Shown here: positions 31,585 through 42,361 of the stretch, one piece after another
How the letters are laid out: every line of letters starts with the position of its first letter
How positions within the stretch are numbered: the first letter of the stretch is position 1
Assembly (NCBI GenBank): GCA_965200245.1
Contig: CBDATS010000004.1
Span: forward strand, 896,001-960,000
Direction of reading: 5' to 3'
DNA: 64,000 nucleotides
From: a bacterium
Lineage (GTDB): Bacteria; UBA8248
The notes under the pieces: model-generated
Database searches by the model: none
Told to the model about the DNA's origin: nothing
The model's input: the letters and a program-made list of their open reading frames with translations, nothing else
Position numbers and translations under genes: made by a program

Positions 31585-32358
31585 ATGAACCCGAACGACA
31601 ACCCCCTGCCGCGTGAAATCGCTCCTGGCATTTTCTGGCTCGGCATCTGCCACGAACAACATCACAAGGGAAAGATCTATCACAGCTATAACGCTGCCTT
31701 TCTCCTTATCGGATCGGCTGGTTCGATGCTCATCGAAACCGGCCACCAGGGGGATTTCCCGATCGTCTCCCGCCAAGTGAGCGAGATACTCGACGAGCGC
31801 GGTTCCACGCTCAGGTACCTTTTTCTCTCCCATCAGGAAACGCCCCATGCGGGCGGGCTCGGCAGGCTGCTCGAAGCCTATCCTGAAATGACGGTCCACT
31901 GCGACGTGAGCGATTATCACCTCTCCTACCCCGAGCATGCGGAGAGGATGCAGCAAATGGAAATCGGTGACGAAATCAACCTGGGAGACAGGCGGTTCAT
32001 CGCCGTGGAACCCGTCATCCGCGACTTGAGAACCTCGCTATGGGGGTTCGACACCGGCGCGCGCGCCCTCTTTCCGGGGGACGGCTTCGCCTATAGTCAC
32101 TATCACTGGGACGGCCACTGCGGGAAAATCGCGGAAGAGGCCACATCGCTCGATCTAGCGGACGTCCTGGGGGTGTTCGCCGAACGGGCTCTGTTCTGGA
32201 CCCGATTCGCCGACATGAACATCTATTCGGATCGCCTCGAGGCGTTGCTCGAAGAACTCGATGTCGCCGTGGTCGCACCCTCTCACGGACTACCGATTCT
32301 GGACCTCGCAGTCACCATGCCCAAAGTGCGCGAAGGCCTCATCGCCGGAAACCTTTGA
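31585..32358 (+). CDS. Metallo-beta-lactamase-fold protein (FprA/ODP-like di-iron)
   Basis: PREIAPGIFWLG, YNAAFLL, SHQETPHAGG, LFPGDGF, VAPSHG. Confidence 0.8.
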   Translation: MNPNDNPLPREIAPGIFWLGICHEQHHKGKIYHSYNAAFLLIGSAGSMLIETGHQGDFPIVSRQVSEILDERGSTLRYLFLSHQETPHAGGLGRLLEAYPEMTVHCDVSDYHLSYPEHAERMQQMEIGDEINLGDRRFIAVEPVIRDLRTSLWGFDTGARALFPGDGFAYSHYHWDGHCGKIAEEATSLDLADVLGVFAERALFWTRFADMNIYSDRLEALLEELDVAVVAPSHGLPILDLAVTMPKVREGLIAGNL

Positions 32359-32521
32359 GACGCCGCACCCTGTCCTGTGCCTCGTGGGCCGTGAATTGTA
32401 GCGAGAACCACGACCCGAAAACCTCCCGAACGCCAAGGCTGTTTACGTGGATGCGTCGCGCGGCAGGAACTTTTCAAACGAGCCGAATCCTCGATTTCTC
32501 CTTACCTGATGGAGACCGACA

Positions 32522-32947
32522 ATGCCGAAACAGATTGAATGCGTGGACTGGCCCGACAGGCTCGACGTCTGGACACCCTATTCGATGGCCATTAAGGCAA
32601 GCGGGGGAACAACCGTCTATTTCGCGGGAGTCACCGCTGCCCCACCCTACCATCACCATCCCCACCGACCCGAGGAATTCGACACCCTGCCCGGTGATCT
32701 CCCGAGCCAGACACGCATGGCTCTCGAGAACCTGAAGAAAAGCCTCGAAGCCGTGGGAGGCGGGTTTCCGGACATTGTCTTCTTTCAATTCTTCTCAACG
32801 ACGATGGAGAGTGCCGAGGAAGCGGGCACCATCCGGAAAGAGTATTTCGGTGAGCACCGTCCCGCCTCCACCACAATGCAGGTCGTCCGCCTTGCCACCG
32901 ATCCCAGATGCCTGGTGGAGATCAACGCCATAGCGGTTGTGGACTAG
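32522..32947 (+). CDS. RidA/YjgF family protein
   Basis: PYSMAIK, QTRMALENL, RPAST..V..L...CLVEINAIAV. Confidence 0.9.
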   Translation: MPKQIECVDWPDRLDVWTPYSMAIKASGGTTVYFAGVTAAPPYHHHPHRPEEFDTLPGDLPSQTRMALENLKKSLEAVGGGFPDIVFFQFFSTTMESAEEAGTIRKEYFGEHRPASTTMQVVRLATDPRCLVEINAIAVVD

Positions 32948-33126
32948 AGAGAGCCTCGGCCGCTACCCGGTGACGCGGAACAGGAACATGCCGACCTCGG
33001 CTCGTTGCCCTGGTCGACACTCTCCTTTATCATCCGGTTCCGGCGGGCTATTACCTGCAATGACTTAAACGAGGCGCGCACTCCTTCCCCGGAACAGGCG
33101 CGGCATACCCAATCCAGAGGAGCAAG

Positions 33127-33975
33127 GTGGTGGACATCATCAACGAAGTCGGCGCGACTGCGTTCGTCATTTCCTGTATGCGGGCGATGGAGAAGGATCA
33201 GGAGCACAGACTCTTCGAGGACCCCTACGCGGCCTGGTTCGTCAACGAAGCGGTAGAGGAGAAGGTTCGGGAGCAAATCACCGTTTTCCCGCCCTCGCTC
33301 GAACTGGTCCGATTCCGGGTGTGCGTCTTGAACGAAGTCGTCGAACGCGGCATCGCCGACGGCGTGAAGCAAATCGTCTCGCTCGGATCGGGCTTCGACA
33401 TGCGTGCCCTCATCTATGCGACCGAAGGTGTGAGGTTCTGCGACGTCGATCAACCCGCCGTGCTCGAATTCAAGAACAAGGTACTGGGAGCGAACGGAGT
33501 CACGCCCTTTTCCGGAATCAATTGCAACTACCTCGAAGTGGACCTCCCTGAAAAACTCCGCGAGGCGGGCTTCGATCTGGAAACGCCTGTCCTGTTCATC
33601 TGGGAAGGCAACACCATGTATCTGCCGGAAGATTTGATCCATGATTTTCTGAGCCAGTTGCGCGCGCAGGTTCCGCGCATGACCATCGCCTTCGATTATT
33701 TCTCGGAAAAGGTGATCAAACGCACCTCGGGTGATGAACGAATCAGCGAGGCAACGGACCTTTTCCAAAACAACTTCGGGGTAAAATGGGTGACCGGTTT
33801 CGACGATCTATCCGCCCTCACAGAAAAACACGGACTCGAGGTAGTCAAATCCGAAAGCCTGATGGACTTCGGCGAGCGCCGCGCGCCGCAGTCCGTGGCG
33901 GTCATGAAAGAGTACATGGACCTGGCAGCCGACTTGTTGAAGCTGTATTCCTACTGCGTGCTTCGGGCATCCTGA
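33127..33975 (+). CDS. SAM-dependent methyltransferase (leucine carboxyl methyltransferase family)
   Basis: VGATAF..RA.E, LFEDPYA, QIVSLGSGFDMR, DVDQPAVL.FK, IWEGNTMYL. Confidence 0.9.
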   Translation: MVDIINEVGATAFVISCMRAMEKDQEHRLFEDPYAAWFVNEAVEEKVREQITVFPPSLELVRFRVCVLNEVVERGIADGVKQIVSLGSGFDMRALIYATEGVRFCDVDQPAVLEFKNKVLGANGVTPFSGINCNYLEVDLPEKLREAGFDLETPVLFIWEGNTMYLPEDLIHDFLSQLRAQVPRMTIAFDYFSEKVIKRTSGDERISEATDLFQNNFGVKWVTGFDDLSALTEKHGLEVVKSESLMDFGERRAPQSVAVMKEYMDLAADLLKLYSYCVLRAS

Positions 33976-33980
33976 GTTTC

Positions 33981-34058
33981 ATGGACACAAACGAGGTCGG
34001 AGCGACCGCCTTTTTCCCATCATACGTCTGCGAGACGGAAAAAGACGAGCCCCCGTAG
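33981..34058 (+). pseudogene. 5' remnant of a second LCM-type methyltransferase
   Basis: MDTNEVGATAFFPSYVCETEKD parallels the upstream gene start MVDIINEVGATAFVISCMRAMEKD. Confidence 0.6.
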
Positions 34059-34597
34059 TCGAGAAAGGAAACCAGCGCAGAATCACCGAATCAGGCCCCA
34101 GGTCGGTGTTTGCATGCGCTGCGTATCCGAAAACGCCCCCGCTCTCGTCGGTTGGACGGGCCTGTATTCTTCCTGTTTGCCCAAAGCCTCCCGAGACTTT
34201 GCGTCCGCCTGGACGGCGTATCGTCAAGCCACGGTGTTGAGATTAATTTTGCTTGAGTCGTCCCGGAAAGAGGAATTGGCTATCCGGGTCGCTTGATGAG
34301 TTCGCACAACGACGCCATCGACTCTTCGCGCCTGCCGAATTCCTTTCTTCTCTCTGCACCGGGATTCGGCTATCGCCTTGTTGTACGGGTTTCGGCGTCT
34401 TTCGCCGTCCCGTTCCTAGCTGCTTTCCTCGTAGTCACTGGAGCCGATCGATTTCCACCTGCTATACGAACGTGGGTGGAACGGCTGACATACACACCAA
34501 GCCCCACAGGTATGACCGGTTCTGCAAAGTCATCCCAATCCTTCCCATATCGATCGCCGAAAAATTGCCGACTGGAATATGGGTGAATCCATGCCCC

Positions 34598-34975
34598 CTA
34601 CAGTGTGATGACGAGGTCGGGCGCGGCGGGGGCCAGTGCGGCGTAGAGTTGCGGGAAGCAACCGGCACTCACGCCCGCGACCAGACCCTTCGCTTTCACG
34701 TCGCCTGAACCGCATTGCTCGAACGTACCCTCGGCGAGGTTTCGCCGCACGGCGCACTGATCGCCAACCATGAGGAGGATGTTCTGCTCCGCAGCGACCT
34801 TGGCCAGCCGCTCGCCCACCTCGTCGCCCTCGCGCAGGCAGTAGAGATTGTCGTCGAAGAAGAACATGCCGACGACGTTCACCCCGTGGTTACCAGCTTC
34901 GAGTTGAGGCAGGATCATGGTGCCCAGTTTGTAGGTGGCCGACATGTCGGTGGCAAAAATGTATGCGATGTTCAT
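34598..34975 (-). CDS. DsrE-fold sulfur-relay protein (SaoD-related)
   Basis: MNIAYIF..MILPQLE.G.HG..VVGMFFFDDN..GERL..DQCA.RR..GCFPQLYAAL..PDLVITL. Confidence 0.7.
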   Translation of the reverse strand: MNIAYIFATDMSATYKLGTMILPQLEAGNHGVNVVGMFFFDDNLYCLREGDEVGERLAKVAAEQNILLMVGDQCAVRRNLAEGTFEQCGSGDVKAKGLVAGVSAGCFPQLYAALAPAAPDLVITL

Positions 34976-35110
34976 TACTCAGATTTCTCCCTATATGCGA
35001 TATGCGTCTCTCGACTGGTGGATGATGCCCAGCTATCTCTTTTCGTATCAGGCGAAGTGATTATTTGTCACCGAAAGCGGGTGTGAGCTTCTCATTCCCT
35101 GCATTCGTCG

Positions 35111-35920
35111 TCAACGCCAGTTTCTCGTTTCAAGGATTTTCCGGAATGGAGGACTCTCCATCGCCCTTTCAGGGTCGATTCGATCAACGGAATTCCTCCT
35201 GACGGTGAAGAAGAACATCTTCTTGTACAAACACCCGGAGGGACAGTCCCCCCACGCCTTGCGGACGACAATATGCCAGACGCCGTCTGTTTTCGACGCC
35301 TCGATGTCGGAACCGTCCCCCAGGTGCGCATCGGGTTCGGCATGCACCACTCCAGTTATTTTTAGGTACGCCTGCCGCGCCACCCGGACGTTCAGGAGAT
35401 CGCTGAAACGCATGATGAGGATGCCTGTGTGGCGGAACGGCCGCACGGCCCTTAATCCGAGCCTCGTGTTCAGGGTGTCGAACGCGCGATTCCCGGTGTG
35501 GAGTGTTACGAGCGCGATTTTACCCTCGAGAAGGTCTGCCACCGTTTTGAACAAACCGGGCTTCACGCCCAGAAGGAGCACGCCTGGCATATGACTCGCC
35601 CGGGCGGAAAAATTCGACACCTCGGGGTACGCATACTTTAGTTTCTTGAGTACTGCTTCAATCTCACCCGAAAGTTCGATCCGCCGCTTCGCATGAAGGA
35701 ACAATTCGACGCTTTGTCTCATAAGAATGCGATCGGCCAGAACGGCAGCCTCTGAAATCTCGGCGGGTCTCCCGTCGTCTGCCAAAACGACCACCGGAGC
35801 CGCATCTGTCGCTGATGCCTGCAGATCGAAGAAAACGAAACAAATCACCGAAATCAGGAAACAACACGCAATGAACGGACGTTCACAACACGCTTTATGG
35901 GAATACAGGGGCCGTTTCAT
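35111..35920 (-). CDS. Secreted hypothetical protein with WGDCPSGC motif
   Basis: Hydrophobic N-terminal segment ending QASA; GVVHAEPD..GDGSDI..WGDCPSGC; start uncertain. Confidence 0.6.
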   Translation of the reverse strand: MKRPLYSHKACCERPFIACCFLISVICFVFFDLQASATDAAPVVVLADDGRPAEISEAAVLADRILMRQSVELFLHAKRRIELSGEIEAVLKKLKYAYPEVSNFSARASHMPGVLLLGVKPGLFKTVADLLEGKIALVTLHTGNRAFDTLNTRLGLRAVRPFRHTGILIMRFSDLLNVRVARQAYLKITGVVHAEPDAHLGDGSDIEASKTDGVWHIVVRKAWGDCPSGCLYKKMFFFTVRRNSVDRIDPERAMESPPFRKILETRNWR

Positions 35921-36554
35921 TCAGAAACAGGAAATTTCCGGCTCATACATGTCGGCCAGCCCATTTCTGTACGATCAGTACGCCTCTCAAATCTGGCAAC
36001 TCCACCACGCACCGAAGAAGCGAAGGCATGCAAAGGAGGACGGCGGACATTCCTCACATCGCCTCGGGTGGATTCCGCTACCACGTTCAAGGATTTGATC
36101 TCCCGATTCAAAACGGGCTAAAGGACGCCCGGCATGCAGAATCATCTGCCACCGGGTCGACTCCCCTCGAAACTGAATTACACCTTGGCGGATCGACCCG
36201 GACGCAACTCCAAGAAACCTGCTCGACCCGGACGCCAGGGGAACATTCACTCAATTGCACAAACCGTACCTGATTTTTTCGCTCCGCTTCAAGCACCGGA
36301 GGCAGTATCGCGCCTGGACATTCTGGGTTTCCGCAAACGCCCGCCTCGTGGTTGTCAAAGCCGAGCGAATGAGGCGAACCGAGACTTTCCACGGGAAAGG
36401 GGCGGTACGACTGTGGCGGACGGGCGAACAAAGAACGCATTCAGGGAGGGAACACGGCAACCCTGCGGGCGGGGTGGACTTCCGAAATTCGGGAATCATC
36501 CGGGGACCCATCCGGTCAGTCGTCCCAATAGACACCAGAGCCGTCAGGCGACGA

Positions 36555-38058
36555 TCAATCGTCGATGAAGCGCACCTCGGGCTCCAGTTCCATCAGGGAG
36601 GCCAGGGCCTCGAAGCGGCGCACGACGACCTCGCCCAGCATGTTGCGATTGTCTCGGCGACACTGGAACTTGAGTACGCCCCGGCGCGGGGAGGGTTTGA
36701 GCGAAAATCGACCCAGCACACCGGCGACGCCGCCGCACAGGGTTTCGCCCAGCCGCACGGCGGAACCCAGGATTCGCGCGCGGCGGATTTTTCCGCATTC
36801 AGCAGCCGCTCGACAGTGCGCAGTTCCCCATGTGTTTCACGGCCCGTGTAGCGACCGAAAACGGCGAGGGCGAGAAACACCCGTTCCTGGTGGCTGGCAT
36901 GCAGGGCGCCCGCCTGTGCAGCCCGATAGTCGGGATGCACCCGCCAGCCGATATCACTCAGCAGGCAGACGGCGTGGCGCATGCGGCGTTCAGATGCGCT
37001 TTCTTCGGGGAAAAGTCTTTCCGTCCACTCGTACAGTTCGGCGACGCGATCAGGATACCGGGCGGTGCGATTGTAGATGTCGTCCGCAGCACTGAGGAGG
37101 GGATCCTCATTCCGGCTCCGCTCCCCCAGACACGCGTAGGCGAACCCTTCGCGCAGGCCGTGCCCGGAGAAGACGATGTCACGCGGCGCGGCCGCCGTCA
37201 GCAGGCGAACCATCACCAGCGCTGCGAGCGGCAGCAAATCAAGCCGCCTGTTCGAAACACCCCGGACGCCCGTGAGCGATTCGCGACTCTGGCGTGATAC
37301 CAGATCGGCGATTTTCGCGAGTTCACCCCGGTGCAGGCGGTAATGATGAATGATGTTGAGCGGATAGTTCGAATGCGCCATGTGGACATGCGCCAGCGCC
37401 CGCCAGTTACCACCGACGGCGTAGAAGGTGCGTTGTGCATCCTGGAGAGCCAGGGCAGTTCGTCCAGGGCCTTGTCGATGATTCTGCGCGCCACCCTGCG
37501 CTGACCGCCCGAGGCGGCGAAGAGGTTGAGCGGTCCCAGTGGCAGAGTCGCTTGCTCGGCGATGACTCCATCGACCAGATGGACCATTTCGAGGCTGCCG
37601 CCGCCCAGATCACCCACCAAGCCATCTGCGTCGGGAACACCGCTTAATACGCCGAGTGCCGCCATCTCCGCTTCTTCTGCACCCGAGAGCACACGCACGC
37701 GAAAACCGCAGCGCCGCTCCACCTCGGCGACAAACGCGCCGCCGTCTTCCGCGTCTCGTACCGCTGCTGTGGCGATGACGTCGAAACGCGCCACGCCCAT
37801 CGCACGCAACAAGATACCGAAGCGTTCGATGTTCAAGAGTGCCTGTTCAACGCCTTCGGGGTCGAGCATCCCGGTATCGTGCAGGCTGCGTCCCAGACCA
37901 CACAGGATTCTTTCGTTCAACATGGGCAGCGGTGCGCGCCGCAACCCCTCGAACACGACCAGCCGGATCGAGTTGGAACCAATATCAATTACGCCATAGC
38001 ATTCCTGGGTTTCAGTAGCCTCTTCGACAAGGCCTGGTCGTTCAGCCGTCTTCCGCAA
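36555..38058 (-). pseudogene. ppx: Exopolyphosphatase Ppx/GppA, disrupted
   Basis: IDIGSNSIRL, ATAAVRDA, DLGGGSLE; frameshifts at ~37433 (RTFYAVGGNWRA in a new frame) and ~36789 (RARILGSAVRLGE in a new frame); apparent short deletion after HPDYRA. Confidence 0.85.
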
Positions 38059-40201
38059 TATGCAACCTCGCCGGGCCGCCGGCCCGTCTCAGCGCGCTTC
38101 CGCGGCCGGACAGACTCGGATTTGTCATGAAATAGGTGTGCGCCGTGAAATCTTCTTCCCCGAGTGGCGCGCGCACGTAGTTGCCGTCGTCGGCCATGTT
38201 CCAGCTTTGGGCGTCGTCCTTGAAATTGGCCACCATGATCTGATCAAGCACCTGCTGATGTACTGTTTCGTTCTCAATCGGCACCAGCACCTCGCATCGG
38301 CGGTCGAAGTTGCGAGGCATCCAGTCGGCGGAACTCATGAACACCTTCGCGTGAGGCGATGGCAGCGAGTGGCCGTTGGCGAAACACACGATGCGCGAAT
38401 GCTCCAGAAACCGCCCGATGATGCTCTTGACCCGGATGTTCTCCGACAAACCCGGCACGCCCGGACGCAGGCAGCATATGCCCCGCACCACCAAGTCGAC
38501 CTGAACGCCCGCGGCGCTCGCCTGGTAGAGCTTGTCGATGACCGTTCCGTCAACGAGCGAGTTCATTTTCGCCCAGACCGAAGCCGGCCGACCGGCCTCT
38601 GCATTCGCGATTTCTCCGTCGATCATCTCCAGCACGCACTTGCGAAGTCCTGATGGCGCCACGGCGACGCACTCGAAACTGCGTGGCAGCGCGTAGCCCG
38701 TGGTCAGGTTAAACACCTGGGCGGCGTCGTGCGCAAGACGCTCGTCGCAGGTGAAAAACGAGAGGTCCGTATAGATACGCGCGGTGATTGGATGGTAATT
38801 GCCCGTGCCGAAATGCACATAGCTTCGCAAATCCTCGCCCTCGCGCCGTACCACGCAGGTAATCTTGGCATGGGTTTTAAGCTTCATGAACCCGTAGACC
38901 ACATGGACGCCTGCGCGCTCCAGCGATTGGGAGAGTTTGAGGTTGGTCTCCTCGTCGAAGCGCGCCTTGAGTTCGACAAGTGCTGTCACTGATTTGCCTG
39001 ATTCCGCCGCCGCGATGAGAGCCTTGACGATGGGTGATTCCGCGGTCGTGCGGTAGAGCGTCTGTTTGATCGCCAGCACGCTCGGGTCCGCCGCCGCCTG
39101 TTCGAGAAACTGCACCACCACGTCGAAACTCTCGTAGGGGTGGTGGACGATGATGTCCTTGTGACGGATCGCTGCGAAGCAATCATTGTCGTACTCGCGA
39201 ATACGCTCGGGAAAGCGTGCCCGGTAAGCGGGGAAAACCAGATCCGGCCGTCCGCAATCGATCAACTCGCCGAGTTGTGCCATCCCGATGGTACCGGTCA
39301 ACTCCACGATGTCCTCTGGTTGCGCGTCGAACTCGTCAATCACCAATTCACGCAGCGAGGCTGGCATATCCGCGCTCAGGTTCAATCGCACCACGCCTCC
39401 CAGTCGTCGCCTGCGCAGCATGGTCTCGAACAGCAGGACGAGGTATTCAGCTTCTTCTTCGTATTCAATGTCACAGTCGCGAATGAGGCGAAACACGCCG
39501 CTGCCGACGATCCGGTAGCCGGGGAACAACTGATCGATGAACAGGCGCATCAGATTCTCAAGTGCGATGAAGCGAATCTCCTCCCCCTGCAGGCGGGTGA
39601 AGCGGCGCACCTGATCTGAAAGCGGAACGAGGGCTTGCATCTTGCGTACGCCTTGTTGGGCTTCGAGTTCAATCGCTAGGCAGAAGCCGCGATTGGCGAT
39701 GAAGGGGAACGGATGCGCCGGATCGATGGCGAGGGGCGTGAGCACCGGAAAAACCTGTTTCAGGAAGTACTCACCGAGCCATTCCATACCCTCCGCGCTC
39801 AGGTCCTTCTCGGTCACCATCGAAATGCCAGCCCCGGCCAGTTCCCGCTGCAGGCGCCGCCATACTGCTTCTTGCTCGCAAATCAGCCGCTCGCTCTCCC
39901 GGGTGACTTCGAGCAACTGCTCGGCGGGCGTACGGCCGTCGAGGCTCTTCTGGGTAACGCCGTTTGCCACCTGGCCCTTCAGGCCCGCGAGGCGCACCAT
40001 GAAGAACTCATCAAGGTTGCTTGCAGATATCGAGAGGAAGCGCAGCCGCTCAAGCAGGGTATGGCGAGGATTGCTCGCCTCAGCGAGTACGCGCCAGTTG
40101 AAGGCGAGCCAGGAGAGTTCCCGGTTCAGATAGCGGTGGCGCGGATCGAGGATCGACTCTGCGGCGACGGGGGAGGATTCATCTTCGGCCAGGCGCGACA
40201 T
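38042..40201 (-). CDS. ppk1: Polyphosphate kinase 1
   Basis: [50 protein letters not shown]. Confidence 0.95.
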   Translation of the reverse strand: MSRLAEDESSPVAAESILDPRHRYLNRELSWLAFNWRVLAEASNPRHTLLERLRFLSISASNLDEFFMVRLAGLKGQVANGVTQKSLDGRTPAEQLLEVTRESERLICEQEAVWRRLQRELAGAGISMVTEKDLSAEGMEWLGEYFLKQVFPVLTPLAIDPAHPFPFIANRGFCLAIELEAQQGVRKMQALVPLSDQVRRFTRLQGEEIRFIALENLMRLFIDQLFPGYRIVGSGVFRLIRDCDIEYEEEAEYLVLLFETMLRRRRLGGVVRLNLSADMPASLRELVIDEFDAQPEDIVELTGTIGMAQLGELIDCGRPDLVFPAYRARFPERIREYDNDCFAAIRHKDIIVHHPYESFDVVVQFLEQAAADPSVLAIKQTLYRTTAESPIVKALIAAAESGKSVTALVELKARFDEETNLKLSQSLERAGVHVVYGFMKLKTHAKITCVVRREGEDLRSYVHFGTGNYHPITARIYTDLSFFTCDERLAHDAAQVFNLTTGYALPRSFECVAVAPSGLRKCVLEMIDGEIANAEAGRPASVWAKMNSLVDGTVIDKLYQASAAGVQVDLVVRGICCLRPGVPGLSENIRVKSIIGRFLEHSRIVCFANGHSLPSPHAKVFMSSADWMPRNFDRRCEVLVPIENETVHQQVLDQIMVANFKDDAQSWNMADDGNYVRAPLGEEDFTAHTYFMTNPSLSGRGSALRRAGGPARLHIAEDG

Positions 40202-40279
40202 GCTCTGGGTCCTCTATCGATGCCTCATGGAACATATCGACTTATGGCGACGCGAATTCGATCAGATGATTCGAAACAA

Positions 40280-40684
40280 CTAGGGGAATTCCTCTTCGGA
40301 GAGGCAGGCGAGGACGCACATTCCTCACGCATGATCCACGATGGACGCCACAAGCTCATCTACTACCCTGTCGGACACTTCTTTCAACTCTTCGACTTGA
40401 AAGAAGACCCCGATGAACTCGTGGATCGTTATTCGGACCCCGCTTACGCTGATGTGCTCTCCCGATTAACCGAGATGCTTGAGGAACAGATGTACGGAAG
40501 CGACGAGAAATGGATGGAAGACGGAGAGCTCGTCGGCGAGCCGGGCCGGCAATTCAAACCCGGTCCCGACCGCACGCTGTCCGCCATGCGTGGAGATCAA
40601 TGGCCCTTCCCGCCCGCTACCGAAGAGGGCTCCTTGGAATGGTTCCCGGAGTCTCCTGACGAGAAGACCGACGAAACCGGTTGA
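40280..40684 (+). pseudogene. C-terminal fragment of an arylsulfatase-family protein
   Basis: LFGE..RMIHDGRHKLIYYP..QLFDLKEDPDEL; catalytic N-terminus (CxPxR) absent; abuts the ppk1 start region. Confidence 0.7.
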
Positions 40685-41257
40685 GAATTGTCGGACGGAT
40701 TTGGGAATCTTGGTTCGCAGAAAGATTCGAGCAGACTTCCTATACACCCATTGCATGTGTTGTCAGCGGGCTCGAAATTCCGGCCGATGGCCGGCAGTGT
40801 GTTTTATTCATGTTCGGGTTCCCGGGATCTATGAAAACACTTGATTTCCGAAGCTTGATGGTAGGGATTTCCTTTGGAATATCAAGGATATTGGCCAATT
40901 CTGAGGTGAGAGAGCCCGTGGGACTTCCTCCAACTTGAGCGGGAATCAATCAAAATCCGGGCAATTGCACACCAATAGATCGTTCGCGCAAGTTCAGACA
41001 ATCATCACCAGTTACCCGAATCCCTACACCCGCGACGCCGGATGGAGCTAGTCGCAACTCAAGTATCTGGTTGAAATCGCGATATCGCCACCAATCACTA
41101 AAGGCGAAACGCCTTGCGGGTGAAAAAACACGAACAAATCTGGAAAAAACCATGCAATGCAAGGCGCTGTGCTCCGAACGATGAGCGAGTCTGGGTACCA
41201 GTCGCTTTGCCAGGTTGATGCGGAATCTCTTGAATACAACGGAACTCTGCCTTTGGG

Positions 41258-41291
41258 TTGCCTAATTAAGACTAGTCGTATAATCTAGTCT
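41258..41291 (+). promoter_or_regulatory. vapBC promoter/operator
   Basis: TATAAT (41279-41284) enclosed by inverted repeat AGACTAG-N9-CTAGTCT; TTGCCT 15 bp upstream. Confidence 0.65.
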
Positions 41292-41321
41292 AAAATTATC
41301 CGAACCGATAGGGGAATAACC

Positions 41322-41564
41322 ATGGATCATGTCGGTGCCTATGAAGCCAAAACACACCTACCCAAGCTGCTTGACCGGGTTGCGCGCGGCGAAAGCCTGA
41401 CCATCACGCGGCACGGCAAGCCGGTCGCCCGGCTGGTGCCGATGGCCAGTTCTCGCGAACAGGTGGAACGGGCCGTCGCACGCATCGAGAACCGTCGCCG
41501 CCACCTCAAGGGTGCTTCCATGGCGGAACTGATGAAGACCGTCCATGAGGGACACATATGGTGA
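41322..41564 (+). CDS. vapB: Phd/YefM family antitoxin
   Basis: VGAYEAKTHLPKLLDRV..GE..TITRHGKPVARLVP. Confidence 0.92.
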   Translation: MDHVGAYEAKTHLPKLLDRVARGESLTITRHGKPVARLVPMASSREQVERAVARIENRRRHLKGASMAELMKTVHEGHIW

Positions 41565-41992
41565 AGCCAATCGTCGTCGACTGCTCGGTATTCCTTGCCT
41601 GGTGCCTTGGCGATGAAGAAGAGCCGATGGCGGTAGACGCCATGCGGCAGGTGGCGGCCAACGGTGGCGTTGCGCCGCGCATCTGGTGGTATGAGTTGCG
41701 CAATGCACTGTTGATGAATGAGCGTCGAGACCGCATCTCACCGCAACAGGTGGCGGATACGCTGGCGGACAGTGGGGCGCTCGGGATCGAGATGGACGAT
41801 GGGCATGATGAATCCTCGACTCTTGAACTCGCGCGCCGGTTCCGCCTGACTGTCTATGACGCTGCTTATTTGGAAGTGGCACTTCGGCGAAGCCTGCCGC
41901 TGGCCACGCTTGACCAGCGTTTGTGCAGGGTGGCGCTGGAGATAGGCGTCGCCCTTCATGGCGATAGCCACGCCAGGGACTTGACGCCGTGA
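41558..41992 (+). CDS. vapC: VapC PIN-domain toxin
   Basis: IVVDCS..W..DE, WWYELRNAL, LTVYDAAYLE, LATLD; overlaps the antitoxin. Confidence 0.92.
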   Translation: MVKPIVVDCSVFLAWCLGDEEEPMAVDAMRQVAANGGVAPRIWWYELRNALLMNERRDRISPQQVADTLADSGALGIEMDDGHDESSTLELARRFRLTVYDAAYLEVALRRSLPLATLDQRLCRVALEIGVALHGDSHARDLTP

Positions 41993-42136
41993 CGCAGGAT
42001 ATCGATCCCTATTCGGCTCACAAGAACTTAGGGATGGAGTTGTTGGAAGAGACGTTGCCCGCTTACGCGAGGATAAGCCTGTGCTATACGTAACCCCTCT
42101 CATCAGTCCAGACAGCTTTGAGGAAGAAACCATCGG

Positions 42137-42245
42137 ATGCGTCCTCATTGTGTTCCTCTTAGCTTGGCGGCTGTTTCCGCTCATGGTGCGGACTTTGAAA
42201 AAAGGACTTGAGACATACAAACAGGGGGATTTCGAGGCGATTCCT
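42137..42245 (+). pseudogene. 5' remnant of a Sel1-repeat protein
   Basis: LAAVSAHGADFEK then, after a frameshift in an A run, GLETYKQGDFEA, resembling the ADF.KG..AY..GD. start of Sel1 proteins. Confidence 0.4.
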
Positions 42246-42361
42246 TGTCACATAGGAGGGTCCTGAATGCATGAGTAACGCACCTTTTTAACGCACCCAT
42301 GAATCAGGACCTGTCCGCATGACTTGCAAGTAGTTGAAATATCAACTCAAAACTGAAATTT

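Noticed and set aside
34240-34470. Possible TPR-protein remnant on the minus strand (KGIRQ / GRREESMASLCELIKR)
   Set aside because: Fragments lie in different frames and are too short to support
36193-36235. 13-bp direct repeat TCGACCCGGACGC, 30-bp period
   Set aside because: Only two copies and no cas genes; not a CRISPR array. No CRISPR array seen anywhere in the window
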